Origin: a phage | DNA: 64,000 nt | NCBI GenBank assembly: GCA_025830695.1 | Contig: GCA_025830695.1_4111.1 | Reading direction: 5' to 3' (one strand) | Part shown: in pieces, positions 58,449 through 64,000 of the stretch | How the letters are laid out: each line of letters opens with the position of its first letter | How positions within the stretch are numbered: position 1 is the stretch's first letter | The notes under the pieces: model-generated | Told to the model about the DNA's origin: nothing | Seen by the model: only the letters and a program-made list of their open reading frames with translations | The model's database searches: none | Translations under genes and position numbers: made by a program

Positions 58449-58904
58449 ATGTTTAAGAATTTTATGGTTATCGTAGCAGTACTGTTTGGTACATCATGTT
58501 TCATTTCCCCAGTACACGCAGAAGAACAACGTCAAACTATTAAAACTATTGGGACTGGTAAAACTCCCCCTAAACGTACTGCTGAAGAATACATGCCTGA
58601 AATGCGTGAACGTTATCGTCAGACATACAGGGAAAAACATGCTAATGATAAACCCATCAAGAAGCATAAATGGGAAGTTGTTAAATCTCCTTCATTTTGT
58701 GCTGGATATGCTAAAGTAAAGATTGAGCAGCACAAAAACCAGTACTATAAAGATATGTATTCCTTCTATGACTCCAGAATTTCTGACACAGATATGATGG
58801 CAGGGAAGGTTGATAAAGAAGAATTTCTACAAGGCTATGATATGATGGACGATGACAAAATCATGGAATGCGTTGAAGTGTATGAAAAATACAGAGGCTT
58901 CTGA
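58449..58904 (+). CDS. Secreted or periplasmic hypothetical protein
   Basis: Signal-peptide-like MFKNFMVIVAVLFGTSCFISPVHA-EEQ. Confidence 0.6.
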   Translation: MFKNFMVIVAVLFGTSCFISPVHAEEQRQTIKTIGTGKTPPKRTAEEYMPEMRERYRQTYREKHANDKPIKKHKWEVVKSPSFCAGYAKVKIEQHKNQYYKDMYSFYDSRISDTDMMAGKVDKEEFLQGYDMMDDDKIMECVEVYEKYRGF

Positions 58905-59380
58905 TGTTAACAATAGTGTTGTTGGTAAGTCCATTTGTGTATTTTGTGCTGTATAATATTTTTAGTAATGCTAATCATTTTAAATATGCACAAACAATTG
59001 CAAAGCATGAAGGTTTTTGGAATTTTTTCCCAGCATTACTATGCTCATATCTATACCATGAACGCTATTTCATTTTTCCTGAATATAAAAATTATGGTTA
59101 TGATTCTAAAGTAAATGGTATAATTGAGTACTGTATAAGAAATTATCTTAATAATAATGATAACGTCCAAGTAAGAATAGGAAATGGTAATATATCAAGA
59201 ATAGTTTTCATACCTGATATACAAGATCCAATATACTTATATCCATATGATTATAGTATTAGTGTAGGTTGTTCGATACATGGTAGTAAATCTATGTACG
59301 ATTACTTTATCTTACCACCAACACAAATTAGATTAATAGAAAAATATTTGAGGGAAAAGTTTGACAACAAAGATTCTTAG
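58904..59380 (+). CDS. Membrane-anchored hypothetical protein
   Basis: Track ORF. N-terminal LTIVLLVSPFVYFVLYNIF. ATGA-type overlap. Confidence 0.6.
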   Translation: MLTIVLLVSPFVYFVLYNIFSNANHFKYAQTIAKHEGFWNFFPALLCSYLYHERYFIFPEYKNYGYDSKVNGIIEYCIRNYLNNNDNVQVRIGNGNISRIVFIPDIQDPIYLYPYDYSISVGCSIHGSKSMYDYFILPPTQIRLIEKYLREKFDNKDS

Positions 59381-59389
59381 TATTATAAT
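59361..59389 (+). promoter_or_regulatory. sigma70-like promoter
   Basis: TTGACA (59361-59366), 17 nt, TATAAT (59384-59389). Confidence 0.65.
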
Positions 59390-59421
59390 TAACACACCAA
59401 GTAACCCAAGGGGGGTGGAAA

Positions 59422-59880
59422 ATGGATGTATTAGCTACAAATTTCAAACGTAATGTTGAAGAGCGTGAAGGTTATTTTAGTATTAGTGAAGTTGTCGATG
59501 ACAATTTTAAACAATACATTTTTAATAGTGCAATTAAATTAAAATGCACAAAAGATTCACCTGATCGTAGCTTTACTAAATGGATTGCGTATTGGGAAGA
59601 TTCACCAGTTGCAATTGAAATGACTGTGATTACAACAGTACTTGAAACTGGTTACATCAAAGCCATTATAGTTGATAAGAAAGTCCGTACTCTTGATGAA
59701 ATTAATCCATATCCAGCCCGAAATTCTAAAGTTTTTGGTGTGTTGGTTGATGGTAAATTTATGATAGAAAAAGATGCAAAGGAATATGTAATTAATAAAC
59801 TTCAAACTACATCAGAAAAAAAGGAAGTAGTGGACCAAAACTCTGTTGATGCAATCAAAAAAGCATGGGGACTAAAGTAA
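59422..59880 (+). CDS. Hypothetical protein (152 aa)
   Basis: Track ORF with AAGGGGGG RBS. Confidence 0.65.
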   Translation: MDVLATNFKRNVEEREGYFSISEVVDDNFKQYIFNSAIKLKCTKDSPDRSFTKWIAYWEDSPVAIEMTVITTVLETGYIKAIIVDKKVRTLDEINPYPARNSKVFGVLVDGKFMIEKDAKEYVINKLQTTSEKKEVVDQNSVDAIKKAWGLK

Positions 59881-59881
59881 T

Positions 59882-60304
59882 ATGTTCACACTAAGTAATG
59901 CAAAATATCTTTTTCTTATTAGTATTATTGGTTGGGTTATGGCTCCAGTGCTAAATGCACTGGGGTTTTCCGATGAACATAAACTTTTAAATGTTTCAGG
60001 TTTAATTCAGGGTATTTCATGGTATACATTAATTACATTTTCAGTGTGCATCAATACATTTGCCCGTGATTATCGACGTTTGTTATATCTGAAAGTATTT
60101 GGAACTACACGATATAGTTTTGTTTACACTTTCATTTTAGTACCGTGTATGTTATATGCATTTGTATTTGATTACTATACATATCTATGGGTATGTGGAA
60201 CTATGTTTGTTATGTTGGAATACATCAGAACTGTTCAAAACTCATATGCCGATGAGTTTCATGATCTAGAAGTTAAACGAAAATTAACGGAGCTAAACAA
60301 ATGA
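59882..60304 (+). CDS. Multi-pass membrane protein
   Basis: Track ORF with about 4 hydrophobic segments. Confidence 0.65.
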   Translation: MFTLSNAKYLFLISIIGWVMAPVLNALGFSDEHKLLNVSGLIQGISWYTLITFSVCINTFARDYRRLLYLKVFGTTRYSFVYTFILVPCMLYAFVFDYYTYLWVCGTMFVMLEYIRTVQNSYADEFHDLEVKRKLTELNK

Positions 60305-60726
60305 GAGGCTATAATAAGATTTGTATTTTTGTATTTTTAGTTTGTGCATTCAATTCGTTTGGTTACTACTGTACAGAAAATAATATTTCATATGGTTTAA
60401 ATCCTTTGTGGTTTACAATTTCCAATGTAGCACAAATTGGTATTGCTCTTATGTCTGCACTTATGTTCTGTCCAATTGTCACTATGGATACTGATCATGA
60501 AAGGCTTGGATTTCTCCGTGATACTGGAGACGAACCTTACAGTAGATTGATTGTGTTGTATCCATTTATTGTTATTTTAGGTACTAACATCCAACTTGGG
60601 TCATTATCTAATAGTGTTACATCAGCAGCTATTGCTATATTTGCATTCACATTTTTTATGGTACACAAATCAGTACTTAATTGGTATATCACAAAAATGG
60701 CAGAAGAAGGTACTAAAAATACTTGA
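60301..60726 (+). CDS. Multi-pass membrane protein
   Basis: Track ORF with about 4 hydrophobic segments. ATGA overlap. Confidence 0.65.
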   Translation: MRGYNKICIFVFLVCAFNSFGYYCTENNISYGLNPLWFTISNVAQIGIALMSALMFCPIVTMDTDHERLGFLRDTGDEPYSRLIVLYPFIVILGTNIQLGSLSNSVTSAAIAIFAFTFFMVHKSVLNWYITKMAEEGTKNT

Positions 60727-60751
60727 CATAATTTAGTATGTTATATATAAT
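60723..60751 (+). promoter_or_regulatory. sigma70-like promoter
   Basis: TTGACA (60723-60728), 17 nt, TATAAT (60746-60751). Confidence 0.7.
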
Positions 60752-60785
60752 TATTTTGTTAAAAACAAATTAGAGTAAGGAACTT

Positions 60786-61037
60786 ATGAACATCGATAAG
60801 GTCAAAGAACTTAGTGCTGCACTAATTAAGAATGAAGAAGTTTGTGAAGAACTTCGCAGTACTATCAAAGTTGAGTACGCACGACTCCAAGGTATGCTTC
60901 AAGAATCAGAATGGGTAGTAACTAAATCTATCGAAGCAATCTATAAGGATATCGAATCCCTTTTCAACAAGAAAAGTAAGATTGAATCTGATTCATATAA
61001 CAAACGTAAAGAGTTATCTACTGCACTTGGTATCTAA
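60786..61037 (+). CDS. Hypothetical protein (83 aa)
   Basis: Track ORF with AAGGAA upstream. Confidence 0.6.
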   Translation: MNIDKVKELSAALIKNEEVCEELRSTIKVEYARLQGMLQESEWVVTKSIEAIYKDIESLFNKKSKIESDSYNKRKELSTALGI

Positions 61038-61043
61038 AAGTAT

Positions 61044-61072
61044 TTGACATAACAAATAATATGGAGTACAAT
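61044..61072 (+). promoter_or_regulatory. sigma70-like promoter
   Basis: TTGACA (61044-61049), 17 nt, TACAAT (61067-61072). Confidence 0.7.
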
Positions 61073-61111
61073 GTGCTCCTAATTTAATTATCAGCTAGAA
61101 AGGAAAACATT

Positions 61112-61372
61112 ATGAAATCTATTCTCGTTGCAGTTAACTTGGTTGCTTCCCCATCTTTCAACTTCAAACAAGTTGTTGCTGATAATCTGAAGAAGATCTG
61201 TCCAAACGCTGAATTAACTTTCTGTGTGTTTGATTCAGAAAAAGTAACTAAAGTTGATCTAAACTATCTTTTGAACGAAGTAAAAAGCGTTTCTGGTGAA
61301 AGTAACTTAAAAGTTCTTCATGATATTGCTGATGATTATGATGATACACTTGTAATTTCGGAGAAATTCTAA
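61112..61372 (+). CDS. Hypothetical protein (86 aa)
   Basis: Track ORF with AAAGGAAA upstream. Confidence 0.6.
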   Translation: MKSILVAVNLVASPSFNFKQVVADNLKKICPNAELTFCVFDSEKVTKVDLNYLLNEVKSVSGESNLKVLHDIADDYDDTLVISEKF

Positions 61373-61377
61373 ATAAA

Positions 61378-61797
61378 ATGTTTAGATTTCTTCAGTACTT
61401 AATCATTAAGTTCTTTGGTTATCATACGATTGAAGGAAAAGCTACACTTGCACATAAAATCTTTGTAGCATTATGTACGGGTGATTATGACGTATTGAAT
61501 AAGTACTGTAAATCGCAAGCATGTATTGATATAATGGCACTTCGTATCTATGAGTGCCAGTTCAATAGATATAATTTTTACCAGTACAGATTTGATAAAG
61601 AAGAATTTGATAGCATCAAAATGCTAAAGAATTTATGTAACAATAAAAAGAATATGCATATATCAGAATTTGTTGCTTTGTATTTTTATTTAAAAAGTTC
61701 ATTGTATATGAACACGATGCAAAGATTCGATACTAGAATTAATGTATTCACCGATAAAGAATTTTATATATACGATAAATTCTTAGATAAGGTTTAA
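61378..61797 (+). CDS. Hypothetical protein (139 aa)
   Basis: Track ORF. Confidence 0.6.
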   Translation: MFRFLQYLIIKFFGYHTIEGKATLAHKIFVALCTGDYDVLNKYCKSQACIDIMALRIYECQFNRYNFYQYRFDKEEFDSIKMLKNLCNNKKNMHISEFVALYFYLKSSLYMNTMQRFDTRINVFTDKEFYIYDKFLDKV

Positions 61798-61798
61798 T

Positions 61799-62296
61799 AT
61801 GACAACTGTTTATATTGATAAACGATTAAATTTATTGATTACCGATTCTAGAGTTACGTCAACTATACCACGAAACTTATTTGGTTTTTTCCCACTAAGA
61901 CCAAAATATCAATATGGAGTTGTTAATCAAAAAACTTTATATGTACATGACCGTTTATTCAGTGCTAGTGGGGTAGTAAGTGAAATTGATAAAGTACTGG
62001 ATTGGTTAATTAATAAAGTACCAGTTATACCTGACAGAAAGTTAAGTTGCCATTGTGTGCTTCTTTCTAAAGATTATGTTATTCATATGATTTTAACTAA
62101 AGGAAAGTTTATTAAAAAACTTGAATATCTACATGAAGACTACACTTTCTTTATGGGAAGTGGTGGAGAATACATGCTAGATGCTGCTATTCATGAAGAA
62201 CATACAACTTTATATGATAAAGTGTTTAGTACTTTCATGGATGTGCACAACCATGATTGCTTCACAGATGATAATATTAATGTATATCGATTTTGA
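61799..62296 (+). CDS. HslV / proteasome beta-like Ntn-hydrolase homolog
   Basis: [21 protein letters not shown] (Thr right after Met). [26 protein letters not shown] vs HslV [41 protein letters not shown] vs LIAIGSGGPYAQAAA. Confidence 0.5.
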   Translation: [165 protein letters not shown]

Positions 62297-62317
62297 TTTC
62301 GTCATTAGGAGATGTAA

Positions 62318-63283
62318 GTGAAAAAGCTTGATTTAAATACAATTGCCGAAGAAGTTCTGGATGAATGTTTTGCTAATGAAGAAGTCAACACACTAGAAGC
62401 CTTAGATTTCGTTGAAGATAAAGATGATAATGAAGGTAAAGTACAAAGCAGTTTCAAATATAATATTACACTTAAGCGACCACCAAATGTTTCCAATGAA
62501 GATCTAATTCGTGATATTCAAGCTGGTATCAATGTAAAGAAAAACACTGAACTGTTAGTTCGTTACAATTATGGACTGATTATTGATGTAGCAAGTAAAT
62601 GTACTTGTTATATCCCATTTGAAGATAAGATTTCATATGGTGTTGAGGGGTTCATGAGAGCACTAAAAACCTTTGATCTTAATAAGAATGTTAAGTTCAT
62701 TACCTATGCTTCTTCTAGTATTTACATGACAGTCTATAACGAAAGTTCTGACGCTAACTATATGGTACACTTCCCACGTTATATGAGTGTTCATAAGATC
62801 AAAGTAAAAAGATTCTGCCAGGAATATATGCGTAAACATGGTGTTCGCCCAACACCTGAAATAATCTCAGAGGGTACTGGGATTGAGATTCAGCATGTTA
62901 ATAATTGTTTATTATTTCAAAGCGAATACACTTCACTGGATGCACCATTAGACGGTGTTACAGATGGTACATTAGGTGACATTATTCATTCACCTGCTTC
63001 TGATTTTAACCTCAATGTTGATAGTATCCGTGCACCTTTACGTTATGCTATCAATGAACTAACTAACGAATTGAGTACTAAAGAACGTGAGATTATCCAG
63101 CGTGTTCATGGTCTAGGTGAATATGAACCTGAAACGCTTCGTGAGATTGCTGATAATGGTTTTGTTGATGATAATGGAAAATATGTTAAATCCCGTTCAT
63201 CAATACACCGAAAGTACAGTGAAGCTATGCAAAAGCTTAAGAAGTTAGTACTTGCAAAAGGGTACGAATACGAAGATTTCTAA
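62318..63283 (+). CDS. Sigma-70 family RNA polymerase sigma factor
   Basis: Region-2-like YGLIIDVASKC...YGVEGFMRALKTFD...KFITYASSSIYMTVYN. Region-4-like LSTKEREIIQRVHGL...TLREIAD...SRSSIHRKYSEAMQKLKK. GTG start after AGGAGA. Confidence 0.7.
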   Translation: MKKLDLNTIAEEVLDECFANEEVNTLEALDFVEDKDDNEGKVQSSFKYNITLKRPPNVSNEDLIRDIQAGINVKKNTELLVRYNYGLIIDVASKCTCYIPFEDKISYGVEGFMRALKTFDLNKNVKFITYASSSIYMTVYNESSDANYMVHFPRYMSVHKIKVKRFCQEYMRKHGVRPTPEIISEGTGIEIQHVNNCLLFQSEYTSLDAPLDGVTDGTLGDIIHSPASDFNLNVDSIRAPLRYAINELTNELSTKEREIIQRVHGLGEYEPETLREIADNGFVDDNGKYVKSRSSIHRKYSEAMQKLKKLVLAKGYEYEDF

Positions 63284-63289
63284 AGAACA

Positions 63290-63316
63290 AGGGTTGGCTT
63301 ATGCCAACCTTTTTTT
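63290..63316 (+). terminator. Rho-independent terminator
   Basis: agggttggc-ttat-gccaacct followed by a T-run. Confidence 0.85.
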
Positions 63317-63317
63317 A

Positions 63318-63346
63318 TGGGATGAAGTAAAAGTTTGTGATATAAT
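63318..63346 (+). promoter_or_regulatory. Promoter, TGTGATATAAT class
   Basis: TGGGAT (63318-63323), 17 nt, TGaTATAAT (63338-63346). Confidence 0.65.
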
Positions 63347-63354
63347 TATCTTGT

Positions 63355-63830
63355 ACAATTCTGTTGGCATGATATTCATGTACCTGATCCACTCGAAAAC
63401 GTAGAGGGCAGTTGAGCAGTCCGACAGTGCGAACAGCAAAAGAAACCCGTTAGATGTGGGCATAGTTTGAACCCCTCACGGCAATGCGGCTGTATAAAGA
63501 ACCACGTTAGGATAGCTGGTGGTTCCTTGATAGACATATAAGGATAACACCTTACGAATTATCTAAGGGAGAGTTATCGAATTTTGTACAGGAAAGTTGC
63601 GTCCAAAATTTGAGTACTCACATTAAGTATTTGATTGCATAGATACTTAATGAAGATACACTATGTTTAAAAGTGTAGACCGTCATATGAAACTGAAGTA
63701 GAGAGAAACAGGATGACCCGCTTTCGCACTCGTTATGAGTAATCTTCAATGCAATAGCTCTGATACCATCAGCGTCAAATTTCCCTCCTTGTGGGGGGAA
63801 GAAAAATCCCTTCCTCAAATCCCGTCAATA
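63355..63830 (+). ncRNA. Candidate large structured ncRNA (~470 nt), class unknown
   Basis: Own promoter and no credible + strand ORF. Locally G+C-richer. Helices include gaaccac/gtggttc (63499-63527), nested gataac-cctta...taagg-gttatc (63543-63578), aagtat/atactt (63625-63648) and ttccctcc-ttgt-ggggggaa (63781-63800). The next promoter is at 63841. Confidence 0.4.
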
Positions 63831-63840
63831 TTAAAAGTCC

Positions 63841-63869
63841 TTGACAGTTATTAATCATTCGCGTAGAAT
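63841..63869 (+). promoter_or_regulatory. sigma70-like promoter
   Basis: TTGACA (63841-63846), 17 nt, TAGAAT (63864-63869). Confidence 0.65.
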
Positions 63870-63933
63870 ACGTAGTATTAGAAGCGAACAGACATCTCGA
63901 AGAGATGGATGATTAACCATTAAGGAATATCCA

Positions 63934-64000
63934 ATGAATTCAGTAATCTTTTTAGTAATAGCTTTTTCTGTTAATTCCGGTGTACAAATAACCCCAATGA
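63934..64000 (+). CDS. Start of a hypothetical protein with hydrophobic N-terminus (3' end outside window)
   Basis: ATG 63934 after TAAGGAA. MNSVIFLVIAFSVNSGVQITPM... runs off the window. Confidence 0.5.
   Translation, partial: MNSVIFLVIAFSVNSGVQITPM

Noticed and set aside
63400-63720. Short stretches (tagagggcag; cagtgcgaacagcaaaagaaacc; acaggatgacccgcttt; ggaaagttgcgtcc) recall segments of E. coli RNase P RNA as I remember it.
   Set aside because: The blocks are not in the order found in RNase P RNA: the GGAAAGTCC-like block comes after, not before, the others. The similarities are also short, so I cannot support an RNase P call without a covariance-model search.
63618-63818. Minus-strand 66-aa ORF inside the 63.4-kb structured region.
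   Set aside because: It has no RBS or promoter on the minus strand. The region has its own + strand promoter and helix-rich sequence, so an RNA product seems more likely. This is unproven.

Overview
This is an AT-rich window (about one-third G+C by eye, not computed) that is almost gap-free. It looks like part of a large virulent tailed-phage genome with T4-type DNA-metabolism genes. I cannot name the phage. Nearly all genes are on the + strand; the two exceptions are inverted cassettes at 2163-3520 and 56367-57521, each bounded by a bidirectional terminator.

Layout:
- 1-27.8 kb carries nucleotide metabolism, replication and host-takeover genes. These include the NrdB C-terminus, a MazG-like NTP pyrophosphohydrolase, DHFR, RNase HI, a Dda/RecD-like helicase, an IF-3 homolog and a ClpS-like protein. 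Also present are a split type II topoisomerase, a truncated DnaE-like fragment, a GroES/gp31-like co-chaperonin, a clamp-loader ATPase, a HAD nucleotidase, a TelA-like protein and a DEDDh exonuclease.
- 27.8-55.5 kb is a hyperplastic accessory region of small ORFs. It holds at least 20 diverged paralogs with a conserved C-terminal EE-x-FFQ-x-S motif and six tandem 'MTHEEWM' mini-genes. It also holds six canonical tRNA genes plus one aberrant tRNA-like gene, an orphan C5 cytosine methyltransferase, and structured non-coding stretches.
- 55.5-64 kb carries membrane and secreted proteins, a PD-(D/E)XK-like protein, an HslV/proteasome-beta-like protein, a sigma-70-family factor and a roughly 470-nt candidate ncRNA.

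Transcription signals are sigma70-like: TTGACA-N17-TATAAT, plus a recurrent extended -10 TGTGATATAAT. There are many hairpin plus T-run terminators.

The two strongest unexplained signals are:
1. The palindrome CAGTACTG (core AGTACT) is heavily over-represented in all reading frames and in intergenic DNA.
2. The large EE-x-FFQ-x-S paralog family.

All functional calls rest on my recognition of motifs in the translated ORFs. No database search was run.
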